Shown here piece by piece: positions 1 to 12,440 of a DNA stretch of 64,000 nucleotides (positions are counted from its first letter, which is position 1; each line of letters begins with the position of its first letter). Source of the DNA: Lama glama. Taxonomy: Eukaryota. The notes under the pieces are model-generated. The model worked only from the letters and a program-made list of their open reading frames with translations, had not been told where the DNA came from and ran no database searches. The stretch spans positions 45,138,001-45,202,000 of the forward strand of contig CM052816.1 in the NCBI GenBank assembly GCA_028534125.1, read 5' to 3'. The position numbers were made by a program, and so were the translations under genes.

Positions 1-930
1 AACTGAATCTCAGTCCTTTATTTTCTCTTCTCCAACCTTTGAGTCTTTTCTCTTTATTTTCAGCTTTCTGTAATTTCATGGTGTTTGCAGGTGTTTTCTC
101 ATTTGTTCTGCTTATTACTTTGTACGAACTTTCCATTTGAGGATTCATGGCTCCCTTCAGTTCTTTAAATATTTTCTTCCTCCATTTTCTCTGACGTTTC
201 TTTATGTAAGTGTGGTCAATTAGGTCTTAGAATCTCTGGGTCAACTATTTTTCTTCTATTTTATATTTTCTTGATTCTTTATATTTTGAAGAATTTCCTT
301 AATTTTATATTCAAATTCTTCCAATTGTATTTTCATTTTGGCAAATACATTTTTGATTTCCCAGGATTTTTATTTAGTGTCTGATTATTCTTTTATTATA
401 GCATCTTACCTGCTTGAATTTCTGAGACCAAAAAAAAAAAAAAAGCTCTACTAAGTTTAAGAGTTCTTTGTTCCCTGAATTATTTGTGTTTCCTTATGCT
501 AGGTTTTCTATTGATGAATTTCTTTCACATTGCAAGTTTTCTTTAAATGTCTAGGAATTCTTGATTCTGTTTTTATATTTGTAAAGAAACACCAGAAATG
601 CACCAATTTAGGATATATAAACTCCTAGATCCTCAAATTCTAACATGACCTTATTCTCAGGCATCAACAATCAGGTTGCTTCTCCCAGAGAACCACAGTT
701 CTCCCAGACAGCGTTTTCAATGTCCCTAAATGAAAAACTTCAGTTTTTTAAAATGTTTTTTGTTCTTCTGGATTGGGGTGAATGCTTAATTGTTACATGT
801 TTTGACCTAGATGGCTGGAAATGGGGAATACTGTTCACTGTTATTCATTGTTCTCCATAGAACCTTCAATTCTTCTGGATGTTTTTGTCCCACTTTTCAC
901 TTATCCTTTCTTGCATCTCTCAGTATTTGA
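1..930 (-). mobile_element. Ancient HAL1/L1M ORF1-region fragment
   Basis: T-rich sequence resembling antisense HAL1/L1 ORF1 (ttccatttgaggattcatggctcccttcagttct...ttcttcctccattttctctg), similar to the HAL1 copy at 11.75 kb. Boundaries approximate. Confidence 0.6.
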
Positions 931-974
931 GAAGAGAGACTCTGGGTGCTACAAATAGGCAGCCTTCTGCATTT

Positions 975-1112
975 TCCTAGGAGGCTCTCAAAAAGTACAG
1001 ATTCCAGGGCTCTCCCTAGGGATCCTGATTCAGTACCTCCAGGGTGGGCCTATTTATTTTTTTAAAATACCTTCCCTGGCTCATGCACACAGTCAGTTTT
1101 GAGTACCACCAA
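975..1112. mobile_element. MER5-family (hAT-Charlie) DNA transposon remnant
   Basis: Typical MER5 core 'cagattccagggctc...gatcctgattcagtac...gggtgggcc' and terminal 'ttttgagtaccac'. Confidence 0.6.
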
Positions 1113-1924
1113 GAAGTTACTAGTTACTTGAGGAAGAGGTAACTGTATAAGCTAAAGAAGATGTAGGAGATTTATAAGTTGGCAAATGACTAGGTACGGG
1201 AAGAACAAAGAAGAAGGACTCAAAACCATCTACTAGGTTTGAAGCCTGAGCTGACTCCGAGAGTGATGGTGCCATTAGCATGAAAAGGAAAGTGGTCAGG
1301 AGGGGTAGGTTTTACTTTCTTCCTGATTTTTACTTCCAGATATTATACTAAATGTCACCCTCACGAAATAGTACTAAAGTGCTCCTTTTGTAGAGAGATT
1401 ACTAATAAGAATGATGTTAGATTACAATAGAATGATGAATAGATAGATGTGGAAATACATTTTAAGGCTGGGGAACTAGTATTTATATGCACAAACAAAA
1501 CAATCTATCCACTTTAAACAATTTATGAAGACAATTAAAAAACATTTAAAGAGCATTCTAAAACTAAATGTGAGTAATCTGGTGGAAAATTCCTGATCTC
1601 CTTTCAATCAAGTGTCTTAATTTCATAAATGTAAAAGAGCAAAACTCAAATATACAATACCTCTTATACTTACTACGTCTGAACACAAATGCAGAAGCAA
1701 ATAGAACAAAACAAAACCCACAATCGTATCTACAGCTCTTTATAAGACTTACTAAAATATTGCTGTTCACAGTTCAATTTCTATTAATAGGACAGTTTGA
1801 TGACTCATTTTGTACACTGAGTCTAATGAGAATTTTTAGATCTGCAATACCTGTGACGGCCATTAATAGTTCCTTCACTTTTTTTTTTTTTTTGAGATAG
1901 TTCTATGAAAATAGTGGTTTTTTT

Positions 1925-2345
1925 CTTGTTAAAAATTAGGGTATAATCTACACACAGTAATTTTTAGCCTTTTTAGTGCACAGTTCTATGATATTTGACA
2001 AATGCATGCAGACAGAAAAGCACAATCACAATCAAAATACAGAACAATTTCATCACTTCTCAAATTCCACTCAAACTCATTTAAAGTCAAATCCTATCCT
2101 CCCCTCCAACCCCTGACAATGACTGATCTGCTTTCTCTACATATAGTTTTGCCTCTTCCAGAATGCCATATAAATGCCATCAGGCAGTACACAGCCTTTT
2201 GAATTTGGCTTCTTTCTTTTAGCATTTAGCATTTAGCATAATGCATTTCAGATTCACTCATTTTCTTGCATGTATCATTAGTTTGTTCCTTTTTATTGCT
2301 GATAATATTCCATTGTATGGATGTACCATAGTTAGTTTATCCAAA
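1925..2345 (-). mobile_element. Old L1 (L1MB/L1MC-type) 3' end fragment
   Basis: Antisense L1 3'UTR hallmarks: 'gtgcacagttctatgatatttgacaaatgcat', 'ttttgcctcttccagaatgccatataaatg', 'ttccattgtatggatgtaccatagtt'. Confidence 0.8.
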
Positions 2346-3384
2346 TATTGATATTTAACCATTTATCAATTATTTTGTAAAAAAGGATGGTTTCATGACT
2401 ATGAAATTATGTATTTATCAAGAAGGGGAACAATAAGTTTCCTTTATGCCTTGAATTCTCTGGTTACTTTAGATTTGACTATATGTTAGGTATAGCTATT
2501 TCAAAAAATGTATTTCTTGTATAACTGAAAAAAGTATAGGTATTTGTTCAACCTCTATGGATGTACATTTGAAGCGTGTGCTGTGATTCTAGGAGTTTTC
2601 TCTATCTAGAATGGGAATACAACATATATGATTATTATTGCTGATAACATTAGATAATGTTTACTTAAACTTCTGAGGATAAGTGCTCTATGAAGACCCT
2701 GTTCAATGCAGATTTCTGAAATGGCTCACTTCCCATTGAAACCCTGTTAATCTTTTACCCCATGGAGGCAACAGGTGGGTTAGAAAATAGCCAATAGAAA
2801 GACAATTCTTGTCCTTCGGGATTGGTGCCAATGGAAAAAAGTGACCTGAAATACAGATCTCAGGCCTGACATGATGAAAATCTAACACCACAGCTGTTGT
2901 CTCTCACAGCTGTCAGTCATCATGTTTTAATTTCACAGTTTTGATTTAATCTTTTCTAAATACAGCACTGGGTAAATACAGAACAAGCTAACAAGAGTTC
3001 CCAGCAAAGGAGTCAGGTTGGTATCAGCACCGTCCGCCTCTCACCACCTCCCTAGCCTTTTGGGTTTTATTTTTTGTGACATTGCATCTCCAGGACGCTA
3101 CTTTTTATGTTCACAAGGGCCAGAACTTCTGTACTAACTCAGAAGCTTAACAGGAATCATAGTTTTGATTTCATGGTGACTTCTTCACCTTTCTTATCAT
3201 GCCAACCAAGATGCTTTTACCAGCCATTTAAGTTATAACACACAGTGGAATTACATTTGAAAAAACAAATTAATTTTTTTAATGATGTACCACAGATCCT
3301 CCCTTTTAGAGATGGACAATTAAAAATACTGTTTTTAGCCATGAATTACATTCTTTTTCTTATGAAACTTCTTTTTTGAAAAGA

Positions 3385-5480
3385 TCCTATATTGAATTAT
3401 AATTTACATAGAATAAAATGCACTCATTCTAAGCATACAGTCTTGACAAATGTACATACTTGAGTAAACCATCACTACAAGATAAAGAGCATCTTCCCCT
3501 CAAACCTTTATAATGCCCTTTTTCCTGTCAGTCCTTCCTCCACTCCCAGTCTCAGGCAATTGATCTGCTTTCTAACATGAGAGATTAGTTTTACTTTTTC
3601 CAGAATTTCCTACAAACAGCATGTGTTCTTTTGGGTCTGGTTTTTTTACTTGGCATAAACTATTTGAGACGTATCACTGTTGTTGCATGTATCCATAACT
3701 TGTTCTTTCTTTTCCCCTCTGAGTAGTATTTCATTTTATGGATATGCCACCATTTGTTTATCCATTTGCCTGTTGATGGGCATTTGGATTGTCTCCATTT
3801 GGGGAATGTTATGAGGAAAGCTACTATGGATGTTTGTGTAGAAGTCTCTGTGTAGCATTCCTTTCTCCTGGGCAAAGATCTAAGAGCAGATGGCTGAGTT
3901 GCATTATTGGTACCTGTGTACACTTTTAAGGAATTACAAGCTGTCTTCTAGAGTGATTGCATCATTTTAAATTCTCACAAGTAATATATGAGAATTCAAG
4001 TGGCTCCACATCTTCAACACTTGGCTTTGTCAGCTTTTTAAAATTTTAGCCATTCTATTGGGATTATAGAGTTGTCTCACTGTGATTTTCATTTGCAGTT
4101 TTGTGAAGACCAAGGACATCAAACAATTTTTCATGTGCTTATTGCCCCTTTGGATAGCTTCTTTTGTAAAATGTCTGTTCAGATCTTTTGCCAATATAGT
4201 CTTGGATTTTTATTTTCTTACTGAGTTGCAGAAGTTCTTTGTATATTTGGAATACCAGTCCTTCATGAGATATATGTATTACAAATATTTTTTCCCACCT
4301 TTTGGCTTGCCATTTCATTTTTCTAATGGTGTCTTTCAAAGATCAAAAGTTACTAATTTTGAGAAAGTCTAATTTATCAATTTCAGTCTTTTATGATTTG
4401 TATACTTTATACCCTAAGAAAGCATTGCCTACCATAAGATTGCAATGAACATTTATCATTTCTTCTAGAAGGTTTATGATTTTAGCTCTTATAGTTAAGT
4501 CTCTGATCAATATCCAGTTACATTATGGTGGAAGGTAAGTGTTGAAGTTCATTTCAAGTAGTGTGTGATTAAAAGATAAACTTTGTTGAAAATCAGTTGA
4601 CAACATACGTTCAGGCCAATTTTTTAAAAAACTTACTGTTGATTATATTGTCAACAGAAGTCTTGCAAACTTGTGTTTCTTTTACAAAAATGTTGTTCAC
4701 AACCTCATGTAAACTTAAAAATTGACTTGTCAATCTCTACAAAAAGCTGACTGAGCTACTGACTCAGATTGCATTCAATTAATTTGAGGAGAATTTCCAT
4801 CTTAACAATATTGAGCTTACCAATCTATGAATTCAGTATATCTTTCCATTTATTTAAGTCTCTTAAAACTTCTCTCATTAGCATCTTGAATTTTTTAATG
4901 TATCATACATTGTAATACATACATAATGTATGATACAGGTATACATATTTTGTTAAATTTATTCCTTAGTATTTCATATTTTCAGTGCTGCTATGAATAT
5001 AATTGTTTATTTAATTTCACTTCCAAGGGATCATGATTGGGATGTAGAAATACAATTGATTTTTATATTGACCGTATATCCTATAACTTTACCAAGTTCA
5101 CTTGTCACAGTAGCTTATTTATGGATTCATTATAACTTTCTATTTGTATAATCATGTTGTTTATAAGTAAATATAGATTTACTTCTTTCTTTCCAGTCTT
5201 GCCTTTTCTTTTCCTTGCCTTATTGAAAAGGCTAGGCCCTCTAGTACAAGGTTGAATGGATGTGATAAAAAGCAGACATTCTTGCATTGTTTCTAGTTTT
5301 TAGGGGGAAATACTCCATATTTCAAAATGAAGTATGAGGTTAACTGTAGGTTTTTTATAGGTGCCCTTCATCAGATTGAGGATGCTCCTTTCTAGTCTAT
5401 TTGCTGAGAGTTTTACTGTAAGTGCATATTTATTTTGTGAAATGCCTCTTCTGCATCTACTGAAATTATCACATGGTCCT
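3385..5480 (-). mobile_element. Old L1M element: 3'UTR plus decayed ORF2 3' portion
   Basis: Minus-strand translations match the L1 ORF2 C-terminus (3660-3923 'KWRQSKCPSTGKWINKWWHIH'; 4139-4339 'KDTIRKMKWQAKRWEKIF..IYKELLQL'). Frames are broken. Confidence 0.9.
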
Positions 5481-5484
5481 TGGC

Positions 5485-5890
5485 CTTATGGAACTTACAT
5501 TATAACAGGGGAAATCATATTATAAACAAATAAACATTCATTGGGAATAAATGCTATGGAGAAATAGTAAAAGTTAGGGGAAAAAAAGGGCAAGGAAGTG
5601 ATACATTATTATTTATATTATTTATAGAAGATGGTTAGAAAATGCTTCCTAGATAAAAAGACATTTGAGCCAAGACCTAGAGGAAGTGATGGAGAATACT
5701 GTGATGATATCTGGGGGAACAGCATTCAGAAGGCAGAGGACAGCATGTACAGAAGAGTATTTCTTGGTGTGTTTGAAGAATATCAAGAAGGCCAAGGGGC
5801 TGCAGTGCAGTGAGAGAGAAGAATAGGAAACGAGGTCAAAAATGTAGGAAGCCCAGTTCATGGGCTTTTAGTCTAGTGAACTTTGGGATG
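5485..5890 (-). mobile_element. L2 LINE fragment
   Basis: Purine-rich antisense L2 pattern 'gacatttgagccaagacctagagg...gatatctgggggaacagcattcagaaggcagagg'. Confidence 0.75.
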
Positions 5891-7884
5891 AATGACACAC
5901 AGTTTGCATGGTTAAAAGCTGGTAAGAAACTAAGTTGAAACATGGTCACTAGCAAATTCAAACCATTTTAATCACTCCAAATATTTTCAATCTAAGTAGC
6001 TCAATGTGTCTGCATAAGGTAAATTCAATGCTGTGGAAAAATGCAATATATAGACTGTATGTCAATTTGCAAATGCTTTAGAATTCTGAGCATATAAAAA
6101 TACTTCAAAGTTTGGAAAATAATAATAAAGTAAAGTGAGAATCATAGCAATCCTTTGAAATACAAGATGGACAACTATTAGTCCTACTATTCTTTAGCTT
6201 ATAAATTTAAAATCCAGATAAATAAATGACCCCATTGGGTCAAATCTAATGAATCAGAGACTAGGATCAGAGTCTACTGATTCAAATTCTAGCTCAGATA
6301 TACTCTTTGATCAGTTGCCAAGTCCTGCTCAGTGCTGCCTGCTGTCTATCTTTTCTGCCTATTTTAATGAAAGATATCTCATATCAATACCTTTAATTCT
6401 CATGGCATACTTCCTGAAATACCAATAGATGACTATGAGAAGACTCTCTGTGATGTTAGCACATTTAGTAGGTTCTACCAAATGATAGCACAGTGAATTA
6501 CAAAGACCTTGGACAAACCAATTTCTAGGAAAATTATTATCTGTATCTTGAGCATTTTGAAACACCTAATGCTGCTATAATTGTGTAGATTTATTTTGCA
6601 GTGGCAAAATCTGTTCAAATATGTGTGTGTTGCAGGTAGGGGAGTAAGGGAGATATTTAGAAATCTACACAGAAAGAACATGTGCAAACACATTTAAACA
6701 AATCAGGGCTGGGAACTGTAATTTTTACTTCCTTGATGCTGAGCAGACATTTCCCCTAAAATAAAAAATTAAAATTAAAATTAAAAGAGAGGGCTGTAGA
6801 ATCTATCTGTACCAAGGCATTTAGGACATGTGGATTCTTCTATTCCATGGTAGATATTTTGCATACATCAAGAGCAAGCAACAATAATTAGGCCATATTG
6901 GTAATGTGTCACTCTTCAACACAATAGCTGTGTGTATTTGAAAAGATTAAGGACAACTAGATTGTCCAGTAATTCTGGGAGCCTTGTTTATCATAGCAAA
7001 GATGGCCAGCAAGACTCTTATTATTTACTTGATATGATGTAAACTTATTTTATTGAATATTGAAGACTGCACAGTTTAAAATTTTATAAAGAAAGCTTTT
7101 TACCTAACTTTGGGGAAAAATAAAGAATGTTCCTTTCTAAGGCTGAAATTTTCATGTTTTTTCTTGTAGAGCTTAATAATGTGCCACATACAATTCAATA
7201 CTTGATCATTTTTTTCTTGGTAATCAATCATGACTCATATCTCTACAAACACACACACACACACACATATTTTAGTATCAAAATTGACTTTCTTAGTTAT
7301 TTCTTCCTTGAAACTATTCAGGAGGTAGTTTTTCTACTTTACTGACAAAGGTATAAATATTTAAATGTGGTACAATGGGCAAAAAAAATCACATGAGCAG
7401 AATGAATACCAGACCATGTGATTCATTAATTTTATATTTACAGATCAGCGAGCCCCAAACGTCTCTGTTTCTGGGCTGTTCTTCTCGCAAAGATGTTTGC
7501 TGTGTTCGCTGAGAGATTCCAGGTGTGCATCTTATACTGGTATATATTGAGAGAAGAATAAATTGTCAGTGTAAGGATCACCATTTCCCCCCAAAAAATG
7601 CAGGCCTTAAAAAAGCAAGCAAAATTGGGATTCATGTAATTCTCGAACATCAGAATAGGCAGAATAAATAAAATAATAAGCAGAATTTCTTGATGACTTT
7701 TCTAACCTTTGTGGTTGATTGAATATTAAATTCATTTTGCTAAACAACTATGGAAAACTTACTAGCCAGCAGAAATGTGAATTACAGTTCTTACTCAATG
7801 CAGTAATAAATTAACATTGCCCAGGTAGTAAATTTCAATAAAATCCATTTAAAAATGGAAAAGATAAGGCCATTTGGAGCTTGA

Positions 7885-8017
7885 TGTTCATTATTCAACC
7901 AACAAGGGCACTGAACATCTATTTTATGTCCATCAGCGGTTTAGAGTGATGAGTGATGAAGAAATATTAGAGAGAAAATGAAATGGTCTTTGCCCTCAAA
8001 GGATTTATAATCTAGTT
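7885..8017 (-). mobile_element. L2 3' end fragment
   Basis: 'ttcattattcaaccaac...ggtctttgccctcaaaggatttataatctagt' matches the antisense L2 3' terminus. Confidence 0.6.
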
Positions 8018-9269
8018 CTTAGTGACAATATTGTTTAAGATTGATAGATAAAAGTTTTAGGTGTTTCTTGGTATCCTTCTTTAGAGAGTCAAATTTTGGC
8101 AGAATCACATTTCTCCTCTGGACGATGCCACGGAGTAAATAAACAATAATGAAAACATTTGCTTCAGACAAGGTCCTTATGTTATTCAGTGAGTAAACAT
8201 TCCATGCACCTGTTTGAAATATCACAGTGTGGAAGAAACCCTGACCAGCCAGGTGACCTCTGTGAACTTCTCCACCCTCAGAAAGGAAAAGTAATCCTAG
8301 CCCTGCCTCCTGGTGCTGACGAGGAATGAGACGACGTGCAAGCGCACACCAAGGATTCCAGCGTCATTTATAAACAGATTTCCAAAGCAACAAAGAGGCA
8401 AGCATTTAAACCAACCAGTTACATTTTAGGAAAACAGCTTAAAAATAAGATTTGACTAGTTACACAATCTTGTTGGACATTCTGCCCCATCATTGGACTA
8501 TTCCCTACATAGTCCAAACTACTTCCCCTTGGGAGTTTTTGAGAAGAAAAAAAAATCATTTTTTTGGTGCCAGGTTTTTGGTAAAAATTACCTGAAGACT
8601 AGTTTAATCTATTAGATTTCTTATATGTAATCCTGATACATGACCATTATGCTGAATACCAATTGCACTCCAATTCAATAATCATTTATTGTGAAAGTTC
8701 AAAGTACAATTCACTGTGCTACACATGGAGAGAAACACATAAACATTAACCAATATTTGATGTCCAGATGCTTACTACCTGGCAGAAATAACTCCATAAA
8801 TTCTATCAAGTTGAATTTATACTGTTAAGGTGTACCTGAAAGCTGTAACTTTGACTATGTTATTGTCAAAGTAAATAAGCTAATATTATTTTTATTGTTT
8901 GGTGAAAATAGATTTGAAAATAAATTATCTTACATTAGTGAAGCAATCTCATTGAATTCAAAATATGGAGTAAATTACTAGAATAATGCAGTTTTAGGAC
9001 CTGGAAAATGGGAGGAGAGCTTTTTCTGAGTCAATTTAAGAAATGCATAAACTGCTATAAAAGCTAATAATACTCAATAAAATTTTGAGAGCCAAATGGT
9101 AGTTTTCATGATTTGCCTAAATCTGCTCAATCTAAACCGTTTAAAAGATACCCATCTTCAGATCTTTTATGTATACCTAATACCTATAGCTTTAGGGTGC
9201 TTGCTGTAATAGCTAAAATAATGAAAAATTAAGATTAGACATCTAGGTAAAGATAAAAGATCAAATATA

Positions 9270-10080
9270 AGTACTTGTGATTTCTTTCTATAATATTGTC
9301 AAAATGATAGAAAGTGATTTAAAAAGAACAAATCCATAAAGACAAAGAGGACAGAAGAGGTGTCAATACAAGAAAATTCTAGACACTGAGAAGCAGACTC
9401 AGAAATGGTAACTGTCAATTAAAACTTTAGAAAGAAACTTCGGGAAAAGTCAGAAAGCAAATTATTTTTAAATTTCAGATTCCCTGAGGGCTTACAATTG
9501 TTGGCACCAGGTGCCTTTGAACTGTATTAAATGTGAGGCTATAAATAGGAGAAGAGTTGATAGGATACAGGTGGACACCTCCTCACTGTGGAGCAATCCC
9601 CCTACTCTGTACAGTGGACCACTTGTACATCCCCAGTTATGACAAAGGATTTCAGGTTCATTCTAAAGAGGATTTTTGAAAAGGAGGATACTAGGCAAAA
9701 TTGAAGCTAGTGGTACCATGCTAAAAACAGTAGAATTAAATGAACTTTAACATACAGAATTCTAAGAACAGCCATCTTGTCTTTTCATACTCGGTCCCTA
9801 GAATGCTCACTTCCACCCTTTACTCCTAGGCCTCGGAATGGAAAAGTCACCTCTGGGGTATCTGATCAGCTTAAAGATCCTGACATCAGGTTCCTTCAAT
9901 GAAATGGGCCACCCAAATCACCCACAAAGAGCAAAGCCCTCCTCAACATACTGCGCCCAGAGGTGCTCAGAGCTTCCCATCAGCTTTCCAGTCCTTCCTC
10001 CCACTCCTAGAAAAACAAAGGCCATTCGATATCTGAGAGGAGCCTCTGTGTGAAAGACAAAGATGAGAACAAGCTTAGAA
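9270..10080 (+). mobile_element. HAL1/L1M 5'-region fragment (sense)
   Basis: 9880-9940 is similar to the reverse complement of 13440-13510 in the minus-strand HAL1 copy. A-rich, LINE-like strand bias. Confidence 0.55.
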
Positions 10081-10929
10081 TTGCACAGGCTAGAAAGGAC
10101 AAGGGTTCATTTAATCTTTTCCTCTAATGTAAACAGGATCATAACCAATTATTCCAGATTTAGCATCAAAATTCACTAATGTTGAGTTCTATAATTGATG
10201 CCTTGGGGTTGAGGAAATACTCTATAAGTTTTCAAGTTTAAACAGCATTATGATTTTAGAGGTAATTCAGGGATTTTGTGCTGAGAGTCAAAGGGCAGAA
10301 ATTGTTATAAAAGTCAAAATTAAGACTATGAATTTATGACAAATTTTAATATTACAACATTTATATGCAGTTTACTTGATCTTTTAAATGTTGTATTTAA
10401 TATTATTTTTGATGACTATTGTTGAGCGAGACAACCACTGGCTATATGAAATTTAGTATTTAGGCTAGACTACAATTTTTTTAAACTTTAGCCCAACAAT
10501 TTCTGATCAGTAGAAATAATTACAATTTTGGTTTCCGAGGACATAGACTATCTTCATTTGTTCCCTCTTTTTTTGGTAATATATATATTTTTTAGTAAAC
10601 CAAAAGTCCTTAGTTGTACTTCAAATACCTTGCACTGTAAGATTTGGGTGTTGATTTGGGGGAGGAAAAAAACTCCACACTAACGAAATTATTTCCAAAA
10701 CTATGAACAGCTCCATAGTTCAGAGACCTTTTTAGTACTGTTGTATATTGATCTTTAGTGCTGTCATATTTATATTTGTTTTAGGATTCTCTTATTATCT
10801 CTCTGCAGTGTGACTATGTTTATATCTAACCTTACAAGTAAAAATGCTCTTTCTGCATTTAAATGTTAGAGAACTATGATGACCATTTTTCGTTTATGAC
10901 AATACAACTCTGCCATTTGTACACAGTGA

Positions 10930-11070
10930 TAATAACAGTAGCTAACATTAATCCCCCCAAAACTCCTACAAGTCAGATGCTGTTATTATTCTAAGTATAC
11001 TGATGAGGATAGTTAAAAAGGAGACAGAAACTTGCTAAGAAATTTACCACTAAGTGGTTAGAGCCCAGCT
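10930..11070 (-). mobile_element. MIR SINE
   Basis: 'aataacagtagctaacatt...tgttattatt...tactgatgagg...aacttgctaag...ctaagtggttagagcc'. Confidence 0.65.
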
Positions 11071-11449
11071 AGATGGCATGAGGTAATAAACTGTCAGAAC
11101 ATAATGACAGCATTGGACAGCTCATGACAGCCTGCCTATTTCCCGTGGAGAACATCCGAAGAAGAAAGACACCAACATGCATTTTGGAAGACAAATGTAA
11201 AAAGCCAAGAGGTCGGTAATTTGACGGAAAGGGTCTTGTAGTTGTGTTTAAGTGGAAGAGACTGCTCCCTGAGTCCAAACGCTTAGGGCTATACCTATAA
11301 AAATGATAGAGACGGTAAGGATCAGAGCCCCCTGGAAGGACAGTCTGTTTCTAATACTAGCACGAGAGGATGTTCTTTTAGTGTGATGTCACTCATCCTC
11401 TCTCTCGTTCTCCACATCTCCCCCCCGCCAACCTTTTTCTTTGAAACAA

Positions 11450-11745
11450 ACCTTTTTAAAGTATTTTATCATAATGTTTATTAAGTATACAAAAGTACAA
11501 AGAATAACACAACAAACTTACATGTATCCATTATTCAACTCCATCGAGTTCTAACATTTTGCCATGCTTACTGATTTTTAAAAAATTATTCTTTTAAATT
11601 ATGTGATAGATTAGATGGTTTAAATAGTATAAGAGAACACACCTGTATGACTTAAAGAGTAGTGACATGACTACCTGTGCACTCTCCAGCACACCTGAAA
11701 GATAAAGCATTACTCCTATCTTAGGAGCCCCTATGTTTCCCTCTC
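11450..11745 (-). mobile_element. L1ME-type 3' end fragment
   Basis: 'tatacaaaagtacaaagaataacacaacaaacttacatgtatccatt...aacattttgccatgc'. Confidence 0.55.
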
Positions 11746-12206
11746 TAATGGTGATAGTTTGACAGAATATAGAATTCTAAGTTGGAAATAATTTTTACCT
11801 CAGGCTTTTAAAGGCACTATTCCATTGCCTTCTGGCTTCCAGCATTGCTGTTCAGACACCTGATGCCATTCTGACTCTTGATCCTTTGCATGTAACCTAC
11901 TTTTCACTCTCTGTGGAAGCTCTTTGTCCTCGGTGTTTTGAAATTTCACAACAATGTCTCTTGGTGTGGGTTTATTTTTATCCATGTGCTGAGCAGTCTG
12001 TGAGCCCTTTCAGTTTGGAAATTCATGAACGTCTGCTCTATGGAATGTTATTGGAGTACTCTTTTGATGATTGTCTCTGTTCCCTGCTCTTAATTTGAAT
12101 TTTGGATGTGATGGGCTGGTATCCTAACTTTAAAAAAAAATTACTCCCATCTTTTATCTCTGTCTTTTTGCTCTACTTTCTCAGAAATTTTCTTAGTTCT
12201 ATCTTT

Positions 12207-12379
12207 TTTATTTTAATTTTTTTCAGGTGAAGGATGCAAGTAGGTTTTTATGTATGTATGTATGTATGTATGTATGTATGTATGTATGTATGTATGTATT
12301 TTTAACACTACTGGGGATGGAACCCAGCACCTCATGCATGCTAAGCACACACTCTGACACTGAGCTATACCCTCCCCCC
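12207..12379 (-). mobile_element. Camelid Vic-1-type tRNA-derived SINE with (TACA)12 microsatellite in its tail
   Basis: Reverse complement 'ggggagggtatagctcagtgtcagagtgtgtgcttagcatgcatgaggtgctgggttccatccccagta' carries A/B boxes. TSD tagttctatcttt (12194-12206) / taattctgtcttt (12380-12392). (TGTA)12 at 12251-12298. Confidence 0.9.
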
Positions 12380-12440
12380 TAATTCTGTCTTTAAGCCCTT
12401 CTAATTTCTTTCTGTCATATTTATAATTTCCAGTGGCTCC

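Noticed and set aside
1795..1848. Possible C/D-box snoRNA (TTGATGA...CTGA...)
   Set aside because: No terminal D box (CTGCA rather than CTGA) and no closing stem.
4899..4937. Superficial resemblance to loxP (13-bp arms, 'atgtatg')
   Set aside because: The arm sequence differs and the spacer is 13 nt rather than 8, so it is not a recombinase site.
8019..8225. 'GAWNVYSL', resembling the APE endonuclease 'GTWNVRTL' motif
   Set aside because: No downstream endonuclease motifs, so a chance match.
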